Part shown: positions 37,902 through 45,662 of the stretch, one piece after another
Position numbering within the stretch: the stretch's first letter is position 1
How the letters are laid out: each line of letters opens with the position of its first letter
Origin: a virus
Lineage: Duplodnaviria; Caudoviricetes
Direction: 5' to 3' (one strand)
DNA length: 64,000 nt
Virus record (IMG/VR): IMGVR_UViG_3300025133_000020
Notes under the pieces: generated by a model
The model's database searches: none
The model's input: the letters and a program-made list of their open reading frames with translations, nothing else
Told to the model about the DNA's origin: nothing
Translations under genes and position numbers: made by a program

Positions 37902-38903
37902 ATGTCCAAAATGTTACATGAAACGGTAAGAGCTAAGTTACTATCATATCTCACATTAAATGAGGTGATGGATGGTAATTGTGGTACGCATAATATCAAA
38001 CAATATATGTTTGAGGATGATAGTAGTTTCGACCCACTAGGTCATATAGATGCTGGTGATGGTGAAGTAATAACAGACCCTATAGACCCTAACCTAGATT
38101 GCGTACTAACATTTAGTAAGGGTGGTAGTAATTCTAAGTTGGAGTGGCCCCACTTTTCATTACCAGCAGGTTTTACTTGCCCTGAAGCTACAACCTGTAA
38201 AACGTTTGCGGCTGAACCAGGTCCTAATGGTAAAAAGTTTTCTGATGGCTCATCTTTATTACAAGGTAAAGAAGCCGAATTCAGGTGTTATGCGGCAAGA
38301 AGCCAATCCCAATACCCACCTGTGTATAAGAGTTCTCATAGGAATTTAGATTTATTGATGGGTGCCAAGAAAGAAGGTGGTATGGGGGCGATGAAGGATT
38401 TATTAGTGAGGTCTATAGAGTATCATGGGTTAGCTAGTAGAAAACTAGTACGAGTTCATGAGGGTGGGGATTTTTTCGTTAACTCTTATTTTCTGGCGTG
38501 GATGGAAGCAGCAAAAGAGTTCCCGAATATTTTATTTTATGCCTATACAACATCATTAAACTTCTGGTTACCCAATAGAGGGGCTGTCCCACCAAATTTC
38601 AAACTGATAGCTTCTATGGATAAGAAAAATGCTCAGACCATATTAGATAACGACTTAAGATATTCAGTCGTTGTTTATTCGGTAGAGAAGGCTAAGGAGT
38701 TAGGGTTGAAAATAGATGTTGACGATACGATAGCTTGGGATAGTGATGAAAATTTCGCATTATTATTACATGGTGGGCAACCTAAAGGTAGTGAAGCTGC
38801 TGCGGCACGTACAAAAAATACTAGAGGTGGAGTATACGATAGGATTAAACAAGCTTATCAAGATAATAGAGGTAAGAAATTAGATAGGGTAAGTTCACTA
38901 TAA
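37902..38903 (+). CDS. GP88-like protein
   Basis: FSLPAGFTCP...CYA...VRVHEGGDFF...FYAYT pattern. Confidence 0.55.
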   Translation: MSKMLHETVRAKLLSYLTLNEVMDGNCGTHNIKQYMFEDDSSFDPLGHIDAGDGEVITDPIDPNLDCVLTFSKGGSNSKLEWPHFSLPAGFTCPEATTCKTFAAEPGPNGKKFSDGSSLLQGKEAEFRCYAARSQSQYPPVYKSSHRNLDLLMGAKKEGGMGAMKDLLVRSIEYHGLASRKLVRVHEGGDFFVNSYFLAWMEAAKEFPNILFYAYTTSLNFWLPNRGAVPPNFKLIASMDKKNAQTILDNDLRYSVVVYSVEKAKELGLKIDVDDTIAWDSDENFALLLHGGQPKGSEAAAARTKNTRGGVYDRIKQAYQDNRGKKLDRVSSL

Positions 38904-38946
38904 TTAAGCACGAAATCAAATTATTTTCAAAAACTTTCAATAAATA

Positions 38947-38978
38947 CTTGCATTATCCAAATAACTTTTGTATATTCG
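38947..38978 (+). promoter_or_regulatory. strong promoter of tRNA operon 1
   Basis: 31 nt (38946-38976) are identical to 62070-62100; CTTGCA ... TATATTCG. Confidence 0.8.
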
Positions 38979-39040
38979 CACTATATTTAATAACAACGGG
39001 TGTATTATACCCAACTAAAGAATAGAAATCGGTGAAAACG

Positions 39041-39115
39041 ATGAGCATACATATTAGTTCGAATAATTGGAGACGCAATGTCACCATGGTCAGCTATTGC
39101 TCAGATTTCACTTAA
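39041..39115 (+). CDS. attenuator leader peptide MSIHISSNNWRRNVTMVSYCSDFT
   Basis: Lies between the promoter and a terminator; TGGTCAG (39087-39093) is complementary to the terminator 5' arm. Confidence 0.65.
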   Translation: MSIHISSNNWRRNVTMVSYCSDFT

Positions 39116-39141
39116 GGAAATAGAGCATATCTCGAAAGAGT

Positions 39142-39177
39142 AAAGCCCTGACCAGTAAAACGGTTAGGGCTTTTTTT
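39142..39177 (+). terminator. attenuator terminator upstream of tRNA operon 1
   Basis: AAAGCCCTGACC...GGTTAGGGCTTT plus T run. Confidence 0.85.
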
Positions 39178-39183
39178 GTATAT

Positions 39184-39255
39184 GGTGTTTGAAGCTTTAA
39201 GGTGAAGCGCTTGACTGTGAATCAAGAGAAGTGGGGTCGCTACCCATCTTACACC
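39184..39255 (+). tRNA. tRNA-His(GTG), atypical
   Basis: G-1:C73; CTTGA-CTGTGAA-TCAAG; two acceptor mismatches; T loop GTCGCTA. Confidence 0.65.
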
Positions 39256-39433
39256 CAAATTGTTATCTGCGAGATAACATGTTCTTTGACATCTTGGTAT
39301 AAAAATAGTGTATCAGAAAGGATGCGTTGTACTATTATAAATGGTATAGCACATCATAATTGATACATTGTATGATAAATCATACATGCTCGTGCTTATG
39401 GTATGAGTTAATGACTGATTTATCATACAAAAC

Positions 39434-39508
39434 ACAGGCGCATGTTCCAAGGCTGGCGATGGGGTCTCCAAAACCCTATGTGGTGAGTTCAATTCTTTAC
39501 CGTCTGTG
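39434..39508 (+). tRNA. tRNA-Trp(CCA)
   Basis: ACAGGCG/CGTCTGT acceptor; loop CTCCAAA. Confidence 0.75.
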
Positions 39509-39614
39509 CTTAATTTATAAACACTTTAGCACAGGTGATTATTATACTACAAAAACTTCTAGTGTTTTGGAGACTTTTCAGAAGTTAGTCATATTTACTA
39601 ATAAAGACAGTGAT

Positions 39615-40346
39615 ATGGAAAGTAAGAAATGTGGTAAATGTGATGCGTATAAACCCATTAACGAGTTTAATAAGAATAGTAGCAAACCAGATGGGTTGGC
39701 ACATATGTGTAAAACCTGTCATTCTGAATATAGACGACAACATTACCTTAAGAATAAGGTTAAGGTAATTAAGCAAGTTAATAGATATAGGGAAGAAAAC
39801 CCAGATAAATATGTATATAACCCTAAACCAGTAAGCGAAACTAACCGAATAATTAAACCTAAGAAGCACCACAGCTTCAACAAAAAAGCTGGAAGAATAT
39901 ATGAGGTTGGTTGTCACGTTTGTAACGTTAGGGTGTTTGCAAGTAAAAGTGAAATTGATGCTGGCGTAAATAAATTTTGCTCAAATAATTGTAGGTCTAA
40001 ATTAAATAAATCTAATTATCATCATTATCTTAGGGGGGTTAAAAAACGAGCTAAGAAGAAGGGGTTTGAGATTGATTTGACTGAAGAATTTTTGAAAGAC
40101 CTATTGGAGGTTACCCAAAAAGGTCTATGTTCCATAACCAATACCCCAATAATCGTTAAACACCCTAATGATAAAACTACGTTATTTGACACAGCATCGT
40201 TAGATAGGGTTGATAGTAATGAAGGGTATGTTAAGGGTAACGTACAGTGGGTTATGTTAGGGGTTAACTATATGAAAATGAAATTCAGTAATGATGAATT
40301 ACATAAAACATTAAGATTAATTAAAGAAAATTACAGGGAATCCTAG
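39615..40346 (+). CDS. His-Me finger endonuclease with Zn-binding N-terminus
   Basis: CGKC, CKTC, CHVC; ASLDRVDSNEGYVKGNVQWV. Confidence 0.7.
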   Translation: MESKKCGKCDAYKPINEFNKNSSKPDGLAHMCKTCHSEYRRQHYLKNKVKVIKQVNRYREENPDKYVYNPKPVSETNRIIKPKKHHSFNKKAGRIYEVGCHVCNVRVFASKSEIDAGVNKFCSNNCRSKLNKSNYHHYLRGVKKRAKKKGFEIDLTEEFLKDLLEVTQKGLCSITNTPIIVKHPNDKTTLFDTASLDRVDSNEGYVKGNVQWVMLGVNYMKMKFSNDELHKTLRLIKENYRES

Positions 40347-40360
40347 TACCTGTGCAAAAT

Positions 40361-40437
40361 ACGAGTATAGCTTATGTAGTAAAGCAGCCGTGGAGGTAGT
40401 AAGGTAATTCTAGATGGTGCAAGTCCACCTATTCGTG
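40361..40437 (+). tRNA. tRNA-like element, anticodon arm non-canonical
   Basis: ACGAGTA/TATTCGT acceptor, intact D arm and T-like arm; no 5-bp/7-nt anticodon arm. Confidence 0.45.
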
Positions 40438-40448
40438 CAAATAAATTC

Positions 40449-40535
40449 GGAGAGGCAAACCAACAGGCGGTGGTCGCACTTTGCTAAAGTGTTAGGAGTT
40501 AACGGCTCGTGTGGGTTCGACTCCCATTCTCTCCG
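40449..40535 (+). tRNA. tRNA-Ser(GCT)
   Basis: Class II cloverleaf, G73. Confidence 0.88.
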
Positions 40536-40545
40536 CCCTTGACTT

Positions 40546-40630
40546 TAATGGTGGAAATTCATACGGTAAAACAGCTAAACACTTCGGGATACCAAAAGCT
40601 ACCGTAGTGGATAACATAAAAAAAATATAA
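40546..40630 (+). pseudogene. 3' remnant of an HTH-bearing gene
   Basis: Encodes NGGNSYGKTAKHFGIPKATVVDNIKKI* with no start codon. Confidence 0.5.
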
Positions 40631-40718
40631 GGAAGAATAAACCAAGTCGGTCTACGGGTTGCTGCTTTGAAACCAGTTAGGTGTAACAGCCGTGAGAGTT
40701 CGAGTCTCTCTTCTTCCG
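40631..40718 (+). tRNA. tRNA-Ser(TGA)
   Basis: Class II cloverleaf, G73. Confidence 0.85.
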
Positions 40719-40770
40719 CCCTTGACTTTTCTGTACCTAGCACTATATTTATATCTAAAACGATATAGAT

Positions 40771-41427
40771 ATGGCTAGGAAACAGAAAACGATACACTAC
40801 ATCTACAAGACTACTTGTGAAGTGACAAACAGATACTATGTTGGGATGCATAGTACCAATAATCTGGAAGATGGTTATATGGGAAGTGGCAAACGATTGA
40901 GAGCTTCAATCAGGAAACATGGTGAAGACAACCACACCAAAGAAATAATAGCTTTCTACGATACAAGAGAGTTATTAGCGGAAGCGGAGAAGGAAGTTAT
41001 CACAGATGATATGGTTGATGACAAAAATTGTATGAATCTGATGGGTGGTGGGAACGGTGGCTTCATCAGTGATGAGCAACAGAGGTATCGTTCTGAGTGT
41101 GGTGGTAAAGCATTACATGAGAAAATGAGAACCGATAAAGAGTTTAGAGAGTTACAGGGTGAAAAGTTATCTAAATCAGTTAAACAGGCTCATGTTGAAG
41201 GTAAGATGAAAACTTGGAAGGATAATTACGATTGGACTGGTAAATCACATTCTGAAGAGACTAAACGTAAGATGAGTGACACTAATAAAGGTAAGGGTAC
41301 TGGTGAAGCCAATTCTCAATATGGTACCTGCTGGATAACCAAAGATGGTTCCAACAAGAAAGTAAAGAAATCTGAATTGGATGTCCATATAACCCAAGGT
41401 TGGGAAAAAGGCAGAAAGATAAATTAA
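40771..41427 (+). CDS. GIY-YIG (Seg-like) homing endonuclease with NUMOD3
   Basis: HYIYKTT...YYVGMHST..GYMGSG; HSEETKRKMS. Confidence 0.85.
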   Translation: MARKQKTIHYIYKTTCEVTNRYYVGMHSTNNLEDGYMGSGKRLRASIRKHGEDNHTKEIIAFYDTRELLAEAEKEVITDDMVDDKNCMNLMGGGNGGFISDEQQRYRSECGGKALHEKMRTDKEFRELQGEKLSKSVKQAHVEGKMKTWKDNYDWTGKSHSEETKRKMSDTNKGKGTGEANSQYGTCWITKDGSNKKVKKSELDVHITQGWEKGRKIN

Positions 41428-41428
41428 A

Positions 41429-41540
41429 AATGGTAACTGGGGTCTCCCATGTAATATTGAGGTTTTATCTAACCCAGAACTAGATAAGTGAGATTACCAT
41501 TAAAAAGCTGTTACGGTGTGAAAGACAGTTTGAGACACAC
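41429..41540 (+). ncRNA. structured intergenic RNA with two possible pseudoknots
   Basis: AATGGTAA/TTACCATT, TTATCTA/TAGATAA, CTGGG/CCCAG; AGCTGT/ACAGTT with GTGTG/CACAC. Confidence 0.4.
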
Positions 41541-41544
41541 ATAT

Positions 41545-41631
41545 GGAGAGGTGACAGAGTGGAAATGTGTCAGCTTGGAAAGTTGTAGCCTACGTTTATT
41601 CGTAGCGAAGGTTCGATTCCTTCTCTCTCCG
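41545..41631 (+). tRNA. tRNA-Ser(GGA)
   Basis: Class II cloverleaf, G73. Confidence 0.85.
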
Positions 41632-41649
41632 CCCTTGACTTTTTGGTAC

Positions 41650-41673
41650 TTAGGTTCGATTCCTGATATCCCA
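41650..41673 (+). pseudogene. tRNA 3'-half remnant
   Basis: TAGG-TTCGATT-CCTG-ATATCCC-A with no matching 5' half. Confidence 0.5.
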
Positions 41674-41686
41674 ACTAAATTAATAT

Positions 41687-41758
41687 GGTGTAGTTAGTGT
41701 AGTGGTAACACGACAGCTTGTGGTGCTGTTATCATGGGTTCGAACCCCATACTACACC
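41687..41758 (+). tRNA. tRNA-His(GTG)
   Basis: G-1:C73, canonical cloverleaf. Confidence 0.9.
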
Positions 41759-41781
41759 CGCTAGTGGTCTTTTCAATAAAT

Positions 41782-41856
41782 GGAACTGTGACATAATTGG
41801 TTTAATCATGCGCCCTGTTAAGGCAGCATATGTTGGTTCGAGTCCAACCAGTTCCG
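41782..41856 (+). tRNA. tRNA-Asn(GTT)
   Basis: Perfect acceptor and T arm; weak anticodon stem. Confidence 0.7.
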
Positions 41857-41869
41857 CGAAATTAAGTAT

Positions 41870-41942
41870 GTTCCCATGGTGTAACTGGAAAGCACTTCAG
41901 GTTTCTACCCTGACAGTGAGGGTTCGAATCCTTCTGGGAATA
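41870..41942 (+). tRNA. tRNA-Arg(TCT)
   Basis: Canonical cloverleaf. Confidence 0.9.
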
Positions 41943-41965
41943 CTAACATTTAAAAACTAGAAATT

Positions 41966-42160
41966 ATGGCAAGAGAACTATTACAAGAAGTAAAAGACTT
42001 CACATACGATTATGTGAAAAGGTATCCATATACCACTTCAGCGCCAATCGTTAGCTTATCTTATATGAGAGGTTGGGGTGATGGTTTAAGACATATGGAA
42101 CTAAGAGCTTTGGTTATCAAAGAGATGGACAGAGCGAAGAAAAGAATTAAAGAAGAATAA
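41966..42160 (+). CDS. hypothetical protein
   Basis: ORF within the tRNA cluster. Confidence 0.5.
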   Translation: MARELLQEVKDFTYDYVKRYPYTTSAPIVSLSYMRGWGDGLRHMELRALVIKEMDRAKKRIKEE

Positions 42161-42162
42161 AC

Positions 42163-42236
42163 GGGAGTGGTCAGGATGACACGGCTCTGAAAGGAGTTAT
42201 CCTAGGAGTTTGGGGTTCGAGTCCCCTTCGCCCCCC
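42163..42236 (+). tRNA. D-armless Phe(GAA)-like element (degenerate rearranged type)
   Basis: AGGATGAC/GTTATCCT stem capped by CTGAAAG, then AGGAGTT, then T arm. Confidence 0.45.
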
Positions 42237-42241
42237 AATAT

Positions 42242-42318
42242 TGTGCAGTAACCAGCATGTCTGATACACATGACTAAGGTAACGGTTGAAAATATCGGTT
42301 CGAATCCCTATTGCACAA
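42242..42318 (+). tRNA. rearranged tRNA-Ile(GAT)
   Basis: Acceptor-TA-ACC-[CATGT CTGATAC ACATG]-GGT-AACGG...-T loop; A73; weak T stem. Confidence 0.65.
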
Positions 42319-42324
42319 CTTTAT

Positions 42325-42415
42325 AGGCATATAGCAGCCCAACCTGATAAGTTGGAGAACTGTAGTTGGTATCTTGAGATAGCATCAAACGTGGGTTCGA
42401 ATCCCACTTTGCCTA
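42325..42415 (+). tRNA. rearranged tRNA-Ile(GAT)
   Basis: AGGCATA-TA-GCAG-[CCAAC CTGATAA GTTGG]-CTGT-AGTTGG...-GTGGG TTCGAAT CCCAC; A73. Confidence 0.75.
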
Positions 42416-42547
42416 CAACAATCCTCCCATTGCCTCTCATTGAAGCACACTTTGGGTTATAGTGATTATCAATGGATGGCGCCAGAAGTTGATATGAGTT
42501 ATAACAGATGTTTATGGTCATCTGGGTCCTTGCTTAAAACCATACTT

Positions 42548-42627
42548 CCAGAATTACCGAGCCAAGCTTATATCTTGGATATTCGTAGCGGTTGTTGCAA
42601 ACAAGGGTTCGAATCCCTTATTCTGGA
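42548..42627 (+). tRNA. rearranged tRNA-Ile(TAT)
   Basis: CCAGAAT/ATTCTGG; CGAG/TTCG enclosing CCAAG CTTATAT CTTGG; perfect T arm; A73. Confidence 0.75.
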
Positions 42628-42683
42628 CTGGAGGTTTACTTTTTGTACTTTAGCCTTATATTTATATCTAAACAATATAGATT

Positions 42684-43328
42684 ATGGCAAGAAAAGAAAA
42701 AAAGTACCACTACATATACAAAACGACTAATTTACTTAGTGGTAGATATTACATAGGAATGCATAGCACCGATAACCTTGACGATGGTTATATGGGTTCT
42801 GGAACAAGACTTAGGCGTTCACTTAATAAACATGGTGAGGAAAATCATAAGGTCGAGTTCTTAGAGTTCCTTGATACTCGGAAAGAGTTGAAGGAACGGG
42901 AAGCTGAAATAGTTAACCTTAATGAGGTAGCCAAAGTGGACTGTATGAATCTGAAGGTGGGTGGTGAAGGTGGGTTATCGAGTGAAGAACACAAGGTAGC
43001 ATTTATAAATGCTGGTATTGTGGGTAGAGAATCCTTTAGGGATAAACTAACAAATGATAAGGAATTCCGTAAGAGACATATAGATATGTTTACTGGGATG
43101 GTAAAGGAACGTCACGCTTCTGGTGAAGTTAATTACAATACGTTTGAAGGTAAAACGCATACAGAGGAAACTAAAGAGAAGATGAGGAAGTCTAAGAACG
43201 TAGGTAAAGCTAACTCACAATACGGCACTTGTTGGATAATCAGAGATGGTGATAATAAGAAGATAAATAAAGAAGACCTTAACGAATATCTTGATAAAGG
43301 TTGGGTTAAGGGTCGTAAAATGAAATAA
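42684..43328 (+). CDS. GIY-YIG (Seg-like) homing endonuclease with NUMOD3
   Basis: Paralog of 40771. Confidence 0.85.
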   Translation: MARKEKKYHYIYKTTNLLSGRYYIGMHSTDNLDDGYMGSGTRLRRSLNKHGEENHKVEFLEFLDTRKELKEREAEIVNLNEVAKVDCMNLKVGGEGGLSSEEHKVAFINAGIVGRESFRDKLTNDKEFRKRHIDMFTGMVKERHASGEVNYNTFEGKTHTEETKEKMRKSKNVGKANSQYGTCWIIRDGDNKKINKEDLNEYLDKGWVKGRKMK

Positions 43329-43333
43329 TATAT

Positions 43334-43405
43334 CGCGGGGTGGAGCAGTAGTAGCTCGTTAGGCTCATAACCTAGAGGTCGAAGGTGCAAATCCTTCTCC
43401 CGCTT
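43334..43405 (+). tRNA. tRNA-Met(CAT), initiator-like
   Basis: C1-U72 mismatch, CGCGGGG acceptor. Confidence 0.8.
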
Positions 43406-43416
43406 CTAAAACATAT

Positions 43417-43503
43417 CGCGGATATGAAGGCTGGTGGTGATGCTTGGGTAGTCTCATAAGCTACTATCGTAATGATGTATAGGTTCGATTCCTATATCCG
43501 CAA
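43417..43503 (+). tRNA. tRNA-Met(CAT), initiator-like with long variable arm
   Basis: C1-A72 mismatch; extra ATCG-TAA-TGAT arm. Confidence 0.75.
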
Positions 43504-43508
43504 CTAAA

Positions 43509-43817
43509 GGGGGTGACCGAGTTCTGGGAGACTCAACCTTAAAGCACGAAAATGGTCGTGAGGCAGTAACATGTCGGTCAATAGTAATTTCAATCTTTCC
43601 CACGGTTTACAGAATGCACCTATAGCGACCAAAGTTCTTTTGGTGGTGAATAAAAACAAGCAAGGGAAGCAAGCTCTCCAAGAAAGATTGACCCGATGAA
43701 ATATCGACTTAGTAAGAGAGTAATCAGTGGATTTGATATGAAGCGCTGACAGAAAAATGCTAGACAGACGAGTAAACGGTTCCATTGATTATGTGGGTTC
43801 GAATCCCATCATCTCCA
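43509..43817 (+). ncRNA. second tmRNA-like / large Ala-type tRNA-like RNA (309 nt)
   Basis: GGGGGTG/CATCTCC acceptor with G3-U70 and A73, canonical T arm, highly paired interior; no ALAA tag found. Confidence 0.6.
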
Positions 43818-43830
43818 CAAAAAATTATAT

Positions 43831-43901
43831 CGCGGGTAGCTTAGTAGCAATCAGGTCTCATAAGCCTTGACGTGTAAAGGGAGCGTTACCCTTACCCGCA
43901 T
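43831..43901 (+). tRNA. degenerate tRNA-Met(CAT)
   Basis: CGCGGGT/ACCCGCA acceptor and CTCATAA loop; D and T arms are eroded. Confidence 0.5.
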
Positions 43902-43941
43902 CAAAAAACGCTTGGTTCGCATAGTGGCTGATTGCATAAAC

Positions 43942-44023
43942 GGATGAGTAGCCTAGTGGTCAGGCAACAGACTGTTAATCTGTGAGGGAAACTTCTACGT
44001 TGGTTCGAACCCAACCTCATCCG
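43942..44023 (+). tRNA. tRNA-Asn(GTT) with long variable arm
   Basis: ACAGA-CTGTTAA-TCTGT; GAGG-GAAA-CTTC extra arm; G73. Confidence 0.8.
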
Positions 44024-44067
44024 CACTTTTACTTTTATGTGTATATTTATTAACAAAGACAGTTAAT

Positions 44068-44502
44068 ATGCCAAGGAAAGTAAATGACGAATTAATAGTG
44101 AAGATGAAGGAAGATTATGCTTCTGGTAAATCTTCTAGAACCATAGCTAAAGACGTTGGTATTAGTAAGAGTACTGTAATGGTATATGTTAATCCTAAAG
44201 TATTGACACCCGAAGAGATTGAGGAAAAGAGGCGTAAGAATGTTGAAACTGTAACTAATTGGAGACGAAATTTAAAGAAGAGGGGTATCGACTATAAGGG
44301 TGGTTCATGTGAAGTATGTGGTTATGATAAATGTAATGAGGCGTTAGAATTTCACCACAAAGACCCAAATGAGAAGGATTTTGGTATTGGCGCTAACGGT
44401 CATACTAGGTCTTGGGAGAAAGTGAAAATAGAGTTAGATAAGTGTATGATAGTTTGCTCTAATTGTCATAGAGAAATACACGCTGGATTAATAGAATGTT
44501 AA
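44068..44502 (+). CDS. HNH endonuclease with N-terminal HTH
   Basis: CEVC..ALEFHH..VCSNCHREIH. Confidence 0.85.
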   Translation: MPRKVNDELIVKMKEDYASGKSSRTIAKDVGISKSTVMVYVNPKVLTPEEIEEKRRKNVETVTNWRRNLKKRGIDYKGGSCEVCGYDKCNEALEFHHKDPNEKDFGIGANGHTRSWEKVKIELDKCMIVCSNCHREIHAGLIEC

Positions 44503-44543
44503 CTCTCAGGTCGAGATTTCGAAATTCTCACTAGGAGCAATAA

Positions 44544-44618
44544 CCCGATATGGTGTAATGGCTAGCACGACACTCTCATAAGGTGTACGACACAGTTCGA
44601 TTCTGTGTATCGGGACCA
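44544..44618 (+). tRNA. tRNA with CAT anticodon (elongator Met or Ile2)
   Basis: Canonical cloverleaf with encoded CCA. Confidence 0.88.
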
Positions 44619-45012
44619 TTGACATTCTCAGATATTAGTTGTATATTGGTATTATGGACTTAATTACCGATAATAAAAGATTAGAATATCGTCACATAGT
44701 CGAACATGAGGGTGAGACGTGGGTTAGGAAAGAATACATGTCACCCCAATGCTTCGCATGGGAAGATGAACCAGATAGACTTAGAGATTCACATACCATT
44801 TCTTGGTATCCAATGGATGATGAGGATACTCTTTATGGTTATTACAGTTGTTCTATGGGTTGGTCTAAGGATGGACACTTACATAAAGACAACCCGATAC
44901 CAGAAATAGAAGTGGAATTCAGGAAAACCAATGGTAAAGATTTATGTTATTTCAACAACATAGAAACACCTCAATAACCCATATTGACATTCTCAGATAT
45001 TAGTAGTATATT
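44618..45012 (+). repeat. duplicated promoter cassette
   Basis: ATTGACATTCTCAGATATTAGT at 44618-44639 and 44983-45004, each followed by GTATATT and an ORF. Confidence 0.8.
44654..44977 (+). CDS. hypothetical protein
   Basis: ATG directly after the duplicated promoter. Confidence 0.55.
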   Translation: MDLITDNKRLEYRHIVEHEGETWVRKEYMSPQCFAWEDEPDRLRDSHTISWYPMDDEDTLYGYYSCSMGWSKDGHLHKDNPIPEIEVEFRKTNGKDLCYFNNIETPQ

Positions 45013-45018
45013 TGTAGT

Positions 45019-45351
45019 ATGGAAGATAAACAATTTTATTCAAAGTATAAGTTTCGAATTAAAGTGGAGCTTATTGATGGGGTTACCTATTATACACCAC
45101 AAAAAGCGGAATACCCAGTATTGTCTGGTGAATTCACATCTACTGAAGGTAGGAAAGTACCCATGCGAAGTGTAGATGGAAGATGGGAGCCAACACCAGA
45201 AGAATACTGGAAAACTGGCAAATGGCTCGACCTACCGATAACATCAAATGATGCGATGGAAAAAAATATTGCCCAAGAAGTAATCGACCATCACTTATTG
45301 ATGGAGAAGCTAGATAGTGGCATGTTCATTAAAGAATATTTAGAAGTATGA
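45019..45351 (+). CDS. hypothetical protein
   Basis: ATG directly after the duplicated promoter. Confidence 0.55.
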   Translation: MEDKQFYSKYKFRIKVELIDGVTYYTPQKAEYPVLSGEFTSTEGRKVPMRSVDGRWEPTPEEYWKTGKWLDLPITSNDAMEKNIAQEVIDHHLLMEKLDSGMFIKEYLEV

Positions 45352-45662
45352 GCAAAATCAAAGACTTCTTAATAGAGTACAAGAGTACCATAAACATACC
45401 AGCACTTATTGTGTTGGTCGTCTTATTCGATTCAGTTATAATACTCACTGAGCAGAACGTGAAACTAATGCTTGGATTCGACCTTTTCCTTTTCGTAGGG
45501 ACAATCGTCAATTATATTGGTTGGAAACTAAAGAATAGGAATGAGGAAGAGATAGAAGAAATGGTATGTAGCAAATGTGGTAAGACACCAGTTTACATAG
45601 CGTGTCCTGACCATTGTGAAGAGTGCTACATTAAGTACGAAGTAAACGAAAAAGTACTATGA
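45348..45662 (+). CDS. two-TM protein with C-terminal Zn ribbon
   Basis: Hydrophobic pair; CSKC..CPDHCEEC. Confidence 0.55.
   Translation: MSKIKDFLIEYKSTINIPALIVLVVLFDSVIILTEQNVKLMLGFDLFLFVGTIVNYIGWKLKNRNEEEIEEMVCSKCGKTPVYIACPDHCEECYIKYEVNEKVL

Noticed and set aside
42420-42545. Additional tRNA between the rearranged Ile genes
   Set aside because: Hairpins are present (CCATTG/CAATGG, CAGATG/CATCTG), but there is no T arm or convincing acceptor stem.
42241-42628. Selenocysteine-like 8-bp acceptor stems in the rearranged Ile tRNAs
   Set aside because: The extra pair is explained by U-1 opposite discriminator A73, with the next C starting the CCA position. There is no UCA anticodon.
43509-43817. 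Group I intron within a tRNA
   Set aside because: I could not identify the P7/J core motifs or a terminal G with reconstitutable exons by eye. It is left as tmRNA-like pending a CM search.
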